Assembly (NCBI GenBank): GCA_044356455.1
Contig: JBIKWF010000006.1
Location: 21,018-85,017, forward strand
Direction: 5' to 3'
Length of the DNA stretch: 64,000 nt
Source of the DNA: Bdellovibrionota bacterium
GTDB taxonomy: Bacteria > Bdellovibrionota_C > UBA2361 > JBGSMV01
Part shown: positions 1 to 8,459 of the stretch, in pieces
Layout: every line of letters begins with the position of its first letter
Numbering within the stretch: position 1 is the stretch's first letter
The notes under the pieces: model-generated
Told to the model about the DNA's origin: nothing
The model's input: the letters and a program-made list of their open reading frames with translations, nothing else
Databases searched by the model: none
Position numbers and translations under genes: made by a program

Positions 1-593
1 AGCTGGAGCTGGCTTAAATCGTGGGAACTAATCACAAGCGTCGTGGTTCCCCTCAGACTATCAACACAGTTCCTAAAGGCCATCACCATCTTGGGATCGA
101 GCCCCTGGGTCGGTTCATCAAGTAGTACTACGGGGGGATTCCCCACCAACGCCTGTGCCACGCCTAAGCGCACGCGCATGCCGTGAGAAAGCGTAGCAAC
201 TAAATCCGAAGCTCGGTCTTCAAGCGCGACAAGCTTTAAAACCCGGCGCACCTCCTCCCACACTTCGCGTCCGCTGAGGCCCGCAAGCTTGGCAAAGAGA
301 ACCAAGTGCCGCTCGACGGATCGGTTTTCAAAATACATCACGTCCTGTGGGAGTACCCCTACAATCCCTCCCTGCGCTCGAAATTGCGCAAGGGGCATGC
401 CCTCTACTTCGATCGTCCCCGAATTGGGTTTAAAAAATCCGCCTATAAGCGAAAAGGTTGTCGTTTTACCCGCCCCATTCGAACCAACAAAGGCAGCAAT
501 TGAAAGCTTAGGGATGGAAAAAGAAATCCCACGCAAGGCCTCACGCTTTCCGAAGCGCTTCACGAGGCCCGTGACACGCAGCGCCGCTTCCAT
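1..593 (-). CDS. ABC transporter ATP-binding protein (C-terminus runs off the window edge)
   Basis: Absent from the ORF track; translated by hand from ATG at 593: MEAALRVTGLVKRFG..., Walker A GSNGAGKTT, signature LSHGMRVRL, Walker B VVLLDEPTQGLD, H-loop ISSH. Confidence 0.93.
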   Translation of the reverse strand, partial: MEAALRVTGLVKRFGKREALRGISFSIPKLSIAAFVGSNGAGKTTTFSLIGGFFKPNSGTIEVEGMPLAQFRAQGGIVGVLPQDVMYFENRSVERHLVLFAKLAGLSGREVWEEVRRVLKLVALEDRASDLVATLSHGMRVRLGVAQALVGNPPVVLLDEPTQGLDPKMVMAFRNCVDSLRGTTTLVISSHDLSQLQ

Positions 594-1469
594 TTACAGA
601 GCCCTCCGCAGGAAGAGCGAAAGGCCCCCCACGCATGAAATTGCGGTCCATACGAGCATCCCCACTACGGAACGCCATTCGTGTCCAAATACCGGGGCAA
701 CGAGGCCCGTTGAAATGGGGGACCAAAAAGGAGACGCCCAAGGAGCAATAAAGAGCATACCAATAAAGGCAATCCATAGCAGATGAAGCCGAACCACCGC
801 ATTCATCGGTTTTGCGCTCCAGCAAGAAACAAACTGCGTGCTTGCCACAAGAAAGAGCAGAAAGGCCACGAGCACCATGGCATTAAGGGCCATCGGACGA
901 GCATAGAGGGCCATGCTGAAAAAGGGGTCGCGTGCCGCCGAGACCACAATAAGAGCCACAACCGTAATGGCGTAGAGGATTAGATAGAGAATGAAATGCG
1001 CCAGTAACTTAGAAAAATAGTAGGCAAGCCGAGACGTGCGAAGAAGCAAGAATCGAAGCGTTCCCCGATACACATCGATAGCAACCATGTCGCAGCTGAC
1101 AAGCGCGACTAGAGTTGGGAACCAGAGAAGAAATAGCAGCTGGGAGATTACCACCGATGACGGCCAGCCTCCGAGCTCACCAATAATACGTGCGAGTTCT
1201 CCGAAGCCGTTTTCGTTCGCCCAATCAAGCGCTTGATTTCTTGCGCCGGCATCATTTCGGAAGAAGCCGATGCTGGGCCTGAGCCGCTCCTCAACATAGA
1301 CCAGCCCAAGAACGACAAATCCAATTACCCAGACATAGGCAAACAGCGAAAGCATTGCTCGCTTACGCATGACAAGATCGCGCAGTTCTTCCTGAGTCAA
1401 AATGAAAACGTGGCGTACGAAACGGTGCAATCTCACTACCATGCCGCGAACCTTTGCCCCATTGCTCAC
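594..1469 (-). CDS. ABC-2 type transporter permease
   Basis: About 6 hydrophobic segments, motif GTLRFLLLRTSRLAYYFSK; its stop directly abuts the ATPase start. Confidence 0.85.
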   Translation of the reverse strand: MSNGAKVRGMVVRLHRFVRHVFILTQEELRDLVMRKRAMLSLFAYVWVIGFVVLGLVYVEERLRPSIGFFRNDAGARNQALDWANENGFGELARIIGELGGWPSSVVISQLLFLLWFPTLVALVSCDMVAIDVYRGTLRFLLLRTSRLAYYFSKLLAHFILYLILYAITVVALIVVSAARDPFFSMALYARPMALNAMVLVAFLLFLVASTQFVSCWSAKPMNAVVRLHLLWIAFIGMLFIAPWASPFWSPISTGLVAPVFGHEWRSVVGMLVWTAISCVGGLSLFLRRAL

Positions 1470-1557
1470 TCAAGCCCAACCAAATTGAATGCCGGTTAGT
1501 GCCTTGAATAGTGGATCTCGTTTTTCGGAAAAGAACCTTGAAGATGACTGCGCATGG

Positions 1558-1971
1558 CTAGTGGATAATTACCGGATATAGCAAATCAAAACGTGGGATA
1601 GCCACCTCAAAGAAACTTCCCTCAGCGGATCGGAAGGTATAGGAACCTTGCATCGATCCATAAGGCTCATGAATCACGGCCCCGCTCGTATAGGTAAATT
1701 TTTGTCCCTTGGCGAGAGTTGGCTGTTTTCCGACAACCCCGGGCCCGACTACTTCAGCAAGCTGCTTTTCACCTGAAAAGATAATCCAGTGCCGCTCCAT
1801 AAGCTGAGCCGTATCACTTCCTAGATTCTCTAGGGTGATGGTGTAGGAAAAGGCATACACATTCTTGGCAGGGTCGGATTCCTCGACTAAGGCCGAAGGA
1901 ACTGCAGAGACCCGAATATCGCGGGTCACCTGGGAATACCCCATGCCGGCCGGATTTGGAGTTGTTGACAT
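1558..1971 (-). CDS. apaG: ApaG protein
   Basis: YAFSYTITLEN, AQLMERHWII, EVVGPGVVGKQP, YTSG, GSMQGSY motifs. Confidence 0.95.
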   Translation of the reverse strand: MSTTPNPAGMGYSQVTRDIRVSAVPSALVEESDPAKNVYAFSYTITLENLGSDTAQLMERHWIIFSGEKQLAEVVGPGVVGKQPTLAKGQKFTYTSGAVIHEPYGSMQGSYTFRSAEGSFFEVAIPRFDLLYPVIIH

Positions 1972-2309
1972 ATCTGGCGGCTCCCCTTGGCATCAATGCA
2001 AAAATAGCCTGATAACCTGACTTTCTAGGATGTTGGGCTGTGAGGCAAGTGTTCTCTTTCGGCTGAGGCCCTTCGCGGACCTTGTAAGGGCGAATTTTGG
2101 TCGAACGGCGAGCCGAACGCCCCTTTTCAGCACTTTAAGGCACACAATTAGCACTAAGTTATTGCAATGACGGGCCCATCCCTTGGATCTCAGCACAAAG
2201 GTTTGCTATAGAGTCCTGCACGATGGCTAAGCTTAGGTTAGCCCCTGAAGCCCACCCCCCTGCCAAAGGGTCGTAAGGCAGCTTGTATCGGTAGTAGTCG
2301 TTTTCAATT

Positions 2310-2385
<76 letters not shown>

Positions 2386-2386
2386 T

Positions 2387-2644
2387 ATTTCCCGCTCGGC
2401 GCTCTGCCCAGGGACTCCGCCCCTCGCTTCGCTAATCGCTCGCACACCCCGTCCTCTTCGCTGGGCTTCGCCCTTCGAAGCTTTATTTACTTTGGCGACC
2501 CCATGCATTTCCCGCTCGGCGCTCTGCCCAGGGACTCCGCCCCTCGCTTCGCTAATCGCTCGCACACCCCGTCCTCTTCGCTGGGCTTCGCCCTTCGAAG
2601 CTTTATTTACTTTGACGACCCCATGCATTTCCCGCTCGGCGCTC
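2387..2644 (+). repeat. 120-bp tandem repeat (about 2.15 copies) immediately 3' of tRNA-Thr
   Basis: 2387-2506 and 2507-2626 differ at one base (ttggcgacc/ttgacgacc); a third copy is truncated after 18 bp. Confidence 0.95.
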
Positions 2645-2692
2645 CGGTCCCCTTGCCCTTGGGACTCGAGCCCCGTCGAATCGAGACCGATT

Positions 2693-2720
2693 GGTAGGGC
2701 GCCATGTCCTCATGGCGCCG
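2693..2720 (+). repeat. GTAG-type REP-like palindrome
   Basis: GGTAG followed by hairpin GGCGCCATG-TCCT-CATGGCGCC; related copies at 3144, 3181, 37050, 37095, 44632. Confidence 0.85.
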
Positions 2721-2766
2721 AAGATCCTTCGACCTGCGTCCATGCCCCTCCCCTGCCGCCACCAGA

Positions 2767-2884
2767 AGAACCTCTATATTCCATTTTTTCTCTCTGTACT
2801 TTCGGTGCCCTCTCTGATCTATCAGCACTTTAATCATCTACTTGAGGACACAGAGTTCACAGAGAATGTCTTTTCAGAGACTCC
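2767..2884. mobile_element. Degenerate copy of the ~130-bp MITE (subtype like 37234-37361, opposite orientation)
   Basis: Right end TTTTCAGAGACTCC then CTAA; internal GAGGACACAGAGTTCACAGAG; left end eroded (AGAACCTCTA). Confidence 0.7.
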
Positions 2885-2950
2885 CTAAGGAAACTTTCCC
2901 CCGAAATCTCCGATTACTGACTTCGTCTAGTATTTAGTAGGAGATAATTT

Positions 2951-3148
2951 ATGGCATTTGCAACCCCTAAGGCCCTCGCGATACTCGAGGTGCCATTTAA
3001 GGAAAAGGACGAAGCAAAACAACTTGGTGCGTGGTGGGACCCCACCATAAAGAAATGGTTTGTTCCGCTGGGACGCGACGTAGATCTCTTTAAAAAATGG
3101 ATTCCTGAGGAGGAAACGGACTCTCAAGAAAGAACAGGAAATAGGTAG
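2951..3148 (+). CDS. DUF5710-like small protein
   Basis: LEVPFKEKDEAKQLGAWWDPTIKKWFVP matches the family pattern; AGGAG RBS upstream. Confidence 0.85.
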   Translation: MAFATPKALAILEVPFKEKDEAKQLGAWWDPTIKKWFVPLGRDVDLFKKWIPEEETDSQERTGNR

Positions 3149-3208
3149 GGCGCGCCGTCCTCGGCGTGCCGGATATTTTGCGGCGCCCTGAGGACAGGGC
3201 GCCCTACC
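3144..3208. repeat. Inverted doublet of GTAG REP-like palindromes between convergent genes
   Basis: GGTAGGGCGCGCCGTCCTCGGCGTGCCG (3144-3171) and reverse copy CGGCGCCCTGAGGACAGGGCGCCCTACC (3181-3208). Confidence 0.88.
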
Positions 3209-4226
3209 TGGCACGAAACACGGCCGCTCCCCAGGTGAACCCACCTCCAAAAGCCGCACTGAGAATCACTTGCCCAGGTTGGATGCGACCAGTTTCATAG
3301 GCTTTGGTAATACCAATGGGAATAGTCGCGGCAGTCGTATTTCCAAAAGTTTGGATGGTACTCACTACTTGCTCATCTTTAAGCCCAAGGTGCCCTGCAA
3401 CCGCAGAATTAATTCTAAGATTAGCCTGATGTGGAATAAAAAGACTTACCTCTGAAGTGCTGATTCCAAGGCGCTTAAGAAGGGAAAGAGATACTTCGGT
3501 CATCGATCGCACCGCACTTTCAAAAACTTTGCGCCCATTCATGCGCGGGAAAAGCTTCCCTTCCAAAAACAAGTCCTCTGTGACCCGTGTCGGAAAATGC
3601 GCGCTACCCGGATGTTCGCACCACAACTCTTTCACATGTGCTCCATCAGAGTGAAGCTCAGAACCAAGAATTTCAAGCGAGCCCTCATGGTTGGATGCCT
3701 CGCTCATCGAAACCAGGCAGCTCCCCGCACCATCCCCGAAGAGCACCGCCAGATCTCTTCCTCGGGTAGAAACATCGAGACCCGTAGAATGAACCTCTGC
3801 TCCCACCACGAGAACATTTCGGTATTTCCCGGACAGAACCAAGCTTTCGGCAAGCTCAATGCTGTACAAGAACCCCGTGCATTGATTGCGCACATCAAAC
3901 GCCGGAACCTTGGAAAGGCCAAGTTTATGTTGAACTGAGACGCCAATCCCAGGGAACGAGAAGTCTGGAGAAAGCGTCGCGGCAATAACCGCATCCACTG
4001 CTTCAAGTGAAGTACCTCGCAGCGTCTGCCGTGCCGAGGCCACCGCAAGATCGCTCGTCGTCGTTGGTGCATCTACCCAATAACGAGTCTTAATTCCTGA
4101 ACGCTGCGTAATCCATTCATCGCTCGTATCCATTACCGTGGACAATTCTTGATTGGTCACGCAACGAGGCGGGACATACATGGCAAATGAATGGGCACAG
4201 GCGCGCATTGCAGAATCTGGCGGCAT
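3204..4226 (-). CDS. fabH: 3-oxoacyl-ACP synthase III
   Basis: DTSDEWITQRSGI, catalytic NQCTGF, LFGDGAG, PHQAN, GNTTAA, FGGGFTWG. Confidence 0.95.
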   Translation of the reverse strand: MPPDSAMRACAHSFAMYVPPRCVTNQELSTVMDTSDEWITQRSGIKTRYWVDAPTTTSDLAVASARQTLRGTSLEAVDAVIAATLSPDFSFPGIGVSVQHKLGLSKVPAFDVRNQCTGFLYSIELAESLVLSGKYRNVLVVGAEVHSTGLDVSTRGRDLAVLFGDGAGSCLVSMSEASNHEGSLEILGSELHSDGAHVKELWCEHPGSAHFPTRVTEDLFLEGKLFPRMNGRKVFESAVRSMTEVSLSLLKRLGISTSEVSLFIPHQANLRINSAVAGHLGLKDEQVVSTIQTFGNTTAATIPIGITKAYETGRIQPGQVILSAAFGGGFTWGAAVFRAR

Positions 4227-4515
4227 AGAGGCTCAACCGTTTCTCGAGACAATTACAGGCACGAATCCTGCCTCGGGGCTTCCAGAAAATGGAGATTCCC
4301 TCAACCACGAATAATGCACCCTCTCGCCCCAGAACGTGAAACTTTTCGAGTGCCCGTTCTTAGGCTAACCAGCTGATCCTGCTCAGCAAACCAAACTCCC
4401 AAGGCGGCGACTAGATTTGATTGGGAGCACTTCCCCTTCCCCCGGCGAAATGAGGTCAGTGCGAGGGGCCCACATCTTAAGTGGGAATTTCCTCTCTCAA
4501 CGAGGCGAGGTCACT

Positions 4516-4842
4516 ATGAAAGAACATCGATGTCCGAAGTGTGGAAGCGAATCTCACATCCAGGAACACCTTACGGTGCTTGTCGGAATCGAAGACTGGC
4601 CTACGGCTACTCTTTTTACTGCCGTGGTGGTTGTGATGGGTAACTTCCTGGCAGTTCAATCTCAAGCAGTTGCGGTTGCAATACTGATTGCAATTGCGCC
4701 CCTTTTTCTAAACTTTTTCAAAAAGTATTACTGCGATGCGTGTGAAATTGATTTCCGAGAAAACGAGGAAGAGATCAAAGGGACGGCTTCAGGTGCGATA
4801 AAGCCCTCCGAGATAAAGCAACTACGCCCTCCGAAGCTTTAA
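4516..4842 (+). CDS. Small membrane protein with a split zinc-ribbon motif
   Basis: CPKC and CDAC flank two hydrophobic segments; start set at ATG 4516 behind GAGG. Confidence 0.65.
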   Translation: MKEHRCPKCGSESHIQEHLTVLVGIEDWPTATLFTAVVVVMGNFLAVQSQAVAVAILIAIAPLFLNFFKKYYCDACEIDFRENEEEIKGTASGAIKPSEIKQLRPPKL

Positions 4843-4853
4843 TCAAGAAATGA

Positions 4854-5186
4854 CTACTTAATCGCCTCTCCACCAGAAGCGAGGCACACAGAATCCACCG
4901 AGAAGGATGAGGTAAGATAACCTCCGAGAAGCGCATGAAACACGTTTTCTGGCTTCTGTGATGTTCTCACTTTAAGAAGTCGCTGCGATGGGCACAGCGA
5001 GGTTGCATCAAGATTCTCACGTGTGGGAACTAGACCAAACAAGAAGTAATTTAGTGTGCGCTCATCACTTTCCGTAGCTCCTGAGCGCTCTGCAATTCGG
5101 TAGCTAATTCTATAACAAGAAGTAAGAGCAACCAGGCTAAGCAGGAGCATTCCGGCTTTAAGAGTTCGAAAGATTAACGTGCGCAT
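4854..5186 (-). CDS. Bor/Iss-like lipoprotein
   Basis: Lipobox LTSC, YFLFGLV, DATSLCP, C-terminal Cys. Confidence 0.75.
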   Translation of the reverse strand: MRTLIFRTLKAGMLLLSLVALTSCYRISYRIAERSGATESDERTLNYFLFGLVPTRENLDATSLCPSQRLLKVRTSQKPENVFHALLGGYLTSSFSVDSVCLASGGEAIK

Positions 5187-5539
5187 TCGACCACCACGGT
5201 TCGAGGAGCGTAAATTCCAAGTGTTCCAAGAGTAAACAAAAGATCGAGCGGGCTTATCATATCGCCAAATGAGGCAGTACCCCGTGGGCAGCGCTTGGTG
5301 AGATCTACGTCATGGTCTCCAATGAGGCCGAGGACATAGAAGTCCTGCCGCTCTTCAATTCTCGTTCCTACGCTTCTATCCTTACCAATCACAACGCGGT
5401 GACACCCGGTAAGGAGCGTTCCCGAAAGAAGCGCCAGCGTCAGCACCGCTACGATAGAGGATGGCAGAAAACGCCGTGGGGCCCGAAAATTCAGCATAGT
5501 AGAGTTTGAATTCTGCGAAGGATTACTAGAGATAATCAC
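5174..5539 (-). CDS. Bor/Iss-like lipoprotein
   Basis: Lipobox LTGC, QDFYVLGLIG, DLTKRCP, TLGIYAPRTVVVEC; true start probably MLNFR. Confidence 0.85.
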   Translation of the reverse strand: MIISSNPSQNSNSTMLNFRAPRRFLPSSIVAVLTLALLSGTLLTGCHRVVIGKDRSVGTRIEERQDFYVLGLIGDHDVDLTKRCPRGTASFGDMISPLDLLFTLGTLGIYAPRTVVVECAR

Positions 5540-5615
5540 CCGAAAAGCTTAACGAATCCGTAGCCTCTCAGCAACGGAGTATTCTCAAGGATAAAGACAT
5601 TAGTGGCGCCATTTA

Positions 5616-5643
5616 TCAAGAAAGCTGTTTTACAGGTCGATCA
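5616..5643 (+). promoter_or_regulatory. Candidate sigma28 promoter for flgM
   Basis: TCAAG-N15-GTCGATCA, 50 bp before the start; resembles TAAA-N15-GCCGATAA. Confidence 0.5.
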
Positions 5644-5692
5644 CCTATTCAGGACGGGGAAGCCCTCCAGCATTGAAGGGAGATAGAGAACC

Positions 5693-5902
5693 ATGGCCGA
5701 TGAAAATTCAAATCCAGAGTCGAAACCCCGCAAGCGCGGGTTGACCTCAGTGATGCTTGGCTGGCTTGCCGAGCGTGTACGGCGAGCTGAGAATATAAAA
5801 CTTCAGATCGAATCAGGTACCTATCAGGTAGATTCGGAGAAGATTGCAGCTTCGCTTGTTACCCCGCCTGCAGGATCCACAAATGGCTCGGGGCATAAAT
5901 AA
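5693..5902 (+). CDS. flgM: FlgM-like anti-sigma28 factor (short)
   Basis: RAENIKLQIESGTYQVDSEKIAASL matches the FlgM C-terminal sigma-binding motif. Confidence 0.75.
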   Translation: MADENSNPESKPRKRGLTSVMLGWLAERVRRAENIKLQIESGTYQVDSEKIAASLVTPPAGSTNGSGHK

Positions 5903-5924
5903 GGAAGCTCTTAGGAAGTGCCCG

Positions 5925-6386
5925 CTACTGCAAAAGCGCGAGCGCATTCGTCGACGAAGTTAGCTCTCGAATAAGAGTAAGCAGGACATCGTGATGAAAC
6001 GGCTTCCTAAGTACAGGGAATGCCGGGAAGCGCTCTTTCGCCAACTTGACGACTGCTTCGGGAAGGGCCGTCATTGCGATCACTGGAACGCCCTCAAAAA
6101 CCCAAGCCAGCTCTTCAATAGACTGAAGCCCCACCTCGTAAGAATACTTGTACTTGAAGAATTGATTAGAGAGCGTGAAGGGCATCTCGAGATCGCTCAA
6201 GATCAAATCGGGAGCGCCCCCCTCGGAGCGAAGAGTCTTAAAGGCATCGTCCGGGCATCTCGCAGAAATGACATCGAACCCCTCATCAAGAAGCATGGTG
6301 GCGAGGAATTCGCGAAATTCTTTGTGATCTTCGATTAGGAGAACTGTTTTCATATGACCTAGCGATGAGATCGGCAGATCTCGCAT
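5925..6386 (-). CDS. Single-domain response regulator
   Basis: LLIEDH, PDLILSDLEMP, AMTA, RKPF; likely start MKTVLL at 6353. Confidence 0.9.
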   Translation of the reverse strand: MRDLPISSLGHMKTVLLIEDHKEFREFLATMLLDEGFDVISARCPDDAFKTLRSEGGAPDLILSDLEMPFTLSNQFFKYKYSYEVGLQSIEELAWVFEGVPVIAMTALPEAVVKLAKERFPAFPVLRKPFHHDVLLTLIRELTSSTNALALLQ

Positions 6387-6531
6387 GCAGCTAGACCAAA
6401 AATTTAGCCTCTCTTACGATGCGAAAAACAGATGAGTATCAGTAAGATAGGCACTGGGGTCGATGATTAGAACAGTGAGCTACGCTGAACAAAGCAGAGC
6501 AAATTAGCCACGGCGAAACAAGTTACCGCCT

Positions 6532-7083
6532 CTAATCCCGATTTAACTTCTCAGTCGAAGAGCCGCTACTTCGAGCTGAACGCAACTTTTCCATAAGCGT
6601 GCGAAGCTCATGAGGAGAGGGAGCCCCCTTGAGGATCATCTCAACGCCTTCCGTTGCGGAGGTGCCAATTGAAACATCACCAAAATCACAAAAACGACCG
6701 AAGAGCGATTGGTCGATGCGAATCTCCCGAATATCGGAGTAATCAATCACAGGAACAGTATAAGACATCGAAAGCTTACCTTGATGGTGTTCAATAACGT
6801 TAGCTTTCACTACAACCCGGTCATCAAAGTGCCGCCGCACCATTTCTAAGAATACCAAAAGGGGAAGAAAAGATACGAGCCTGAGCCATAAGGCGGGAGA
6901 ACCTTCCACCGGCACGTACTTCGCATTGAGGATAACGACGAGGACAAGCAAGCCTAGAAATACACCAATGATATCGATCGATGAGAGCTTTGCTCGATGA
7001 AACGAGACAATTACCTCATCGTCGGGAAGTCGGCCTTCCGAGATAAGGGCAAGAACTGCATCTGGGTCAGGGTAGGTAGCCAT
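6532..7083 (-). CDS. Membrane protein with bacterial PH (bPH_2-like) domain
   Basis: Two TM segments then IDYSDIREIRIDQSLFGRFCDFGDVSIGT. Confidence 0.8.
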   Translation of the reverse strand: MATYPDPDAVLALISEGRLPDDEVIVSFHRAKLSSIDIIGVFLGLLVLVVILNAKYVPVEGSPALWLRLVSFLPLLVFLEMVRRHFDDRVVVKANVIEHHQGKLSMSYTVPVIDYSDIREIRIDQSLFGRFCDFGDVSIGTSATEGVEMILKGAPSPHELRTLMEKLRSARSSGSSTEKLNRD

Positions 7084-7138
7084 TTGCTGATTTCTCTACC
7101 ACGTTGTCGGAAGTTACTAAATCTCCTACCCTAAGCCC

Positions 7139-7381
7139 ATGATACGGCAGATTTTGCTAGCTTTTGTCCTGACCCTTCTCTTCCTGTTATCTGGCTGCAG
7201 CAGCTCAGCCTTGGGCGCACGCTTTACCTGCCTTGAATGGAAGGCTCAGGGGCTGATGTTTTCAACTCTCGACAGCTGCACAAAGTGTATGCAAGCCCAC
7301 GGCCCCGCCAGCCTAGAGCAAGTACAGGGCTGTGCCCTTGGAATGGATGCCTCAGTGCTACTTGACCTCCCCAACAGCTAA
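7139..7381 (+). CDS. Small Cys-rich lipoprotein
   Basis: Signal peptide with lipobox LSGC and four further Cys. Confidence 0.7.
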   Translation: MIRQILLAFVLTLLFLLSGCSSSALGARFTCLEWKAQGLMFSTLDSCTKCMQAHGPASLEQVQGCALGMDASVLLDLPNS

Positions 7382-7510
7382 GGAACCTCTGAAAAACTCA
7401 CCTCCGTGACCTCCGCGCCCTCTGTGGTTAAATTTTCATGAAGAAATTCACCACAGAGGAAACGGAGGTGCACAGAGGTGTATTAAGATTGGAGGTTTTT
7501 CAGAAGCTCC
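7382..7510. mobile_element. MITE, 129 bp, CTAA target duplication
   Basis: CTAA|GGAACCTCTGAAAAA...TTTTTCAGAAGCTCC|CTAA with long internal palindrome. Confidence 0.88.
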
Positions 7511-8074
7511 CTAAGAAGCCTCTCCGGTGTGAATCAGGCAAAGCGAATTGATACAAAAGCGCTTCCCTGAGGGAGGAGGGCCATCGTCGAAAACATGCCC
7601 CAAATGCGCTCCGCAGCGCGCACAAAGCACCTCAGTCCGAACCATTCCATGCGAGGTGTCCGTCCTTAGCTCAAGCACACCATCCTTGGTTGCCTTGGTA
7701 AAGCTTGGCCAACCAGTCCCAGACTCAAACTTACTGTCTGAAGAAAACAAAAGCTGGCCACAACACGCACAAACGAACGTGCCGCTCTCCTTAAACATGC
7801 AGTACTTGCCGCTGAACGGTCTCTCAGTACCGGCACCACGGCACACTTTGTACTGTTCAGGGGAAAGCACTTGCTGCCAATACTCCGGGCCCTTGGATTT
7901 CCAGTCCACGGTATCCGGGTCTACTTCCAGAAGGTGTTTAGGAAGAGCTGCCCTTGCGGCGCTCCCCTCTTTCGCCTTTTCCGCGTGCAGTAAATTTCCC
8001 GAGGCCCATTTCCCTAAGGCCATAACTGATCCCCCAACGGCTAATGTAATTAAAGAACGGCGGTTAAAAATCAA
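7511..8074 (-). CDS. msrB: Peptide-methionine (R)-S-oxide reductase with Tat-like signal
   Basis: GTERPFSG, CACC, SKFESGTGWPSF, RTEVLCARCGAHLGHVFDDGP, RFCINS; N-terminal NRRSLI followed by a hydrophobic stretch. Confidence 0.96.
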   Translation of the reverse strand: MIFNRRSLITLAVGGSVMALGKWASGNLLHAEKAKEGSAARAALPKHLLEVDPDTVDWKSKGPEYWQQVLSPEQYKVCRGAGTERPFSGKYCMFKESGTFVCACCGQLLFSSDSKFESGTGWPSFTKATKDGVLELRTDTSHGMVRTEVLCARCGAHLGHVFDDGPPPSGKRFCINSLCLIHTGEAS

Positions 8075-8195
8075 AGTAAGTACTCCTGTACCATTTTCTC
8101 CGAATTAGTCGCCTGAATCACGAATATGTTTCACGCATGCCAAAGCAAAAGCGATGAAATATTAAGGAGTTACATTCTTACGCCAAGCGGCTCAT

Positions 8196-8224
8196 TTGAC
8201 CAGCGCCCTTAAGGCCGGTACTCT
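8196..8224 (+). promoter_or_regulatory. Candidate sigma70 promoter for the DEAD-box helicase
   Basis: TTGACC-N17-TACTCT about 235 bp before the start. Confidence 0.5.
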
Positions 8225-8459
8225 AAACCCCAGTCGCTTGAGAAATCTCCGCCCTGGGTACCTAGATATCGCAGGTGCGGTGGTTTCCCCTGCTGGGCGA
8301 TGTGAGATGCTAGCAGAACTTCTGGTTAGCGGTAACTTGTATGCGGTAACTGGCAGGTGAATTTCCTCACTGGCGTCGGGTTACCTTTAATTTAAGCACC
8401 TCTCTACAGGTGATACTCTCGGAAGATACAATTCCTCCCAGTACCCTCGCAAAATTACT

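Noticed and set aside
289..786. 165-aa plus-strand ORF
   Set aside because: Antisense shadow of the ABC ATPase and permease
2387..2644. Possible CRISPR array or tRNA-anchored genomic island
   Set aside because: Whole units are duplicated with no unique spacers; no cas or integrase gene; no second copy of the tRNA 3' end seen
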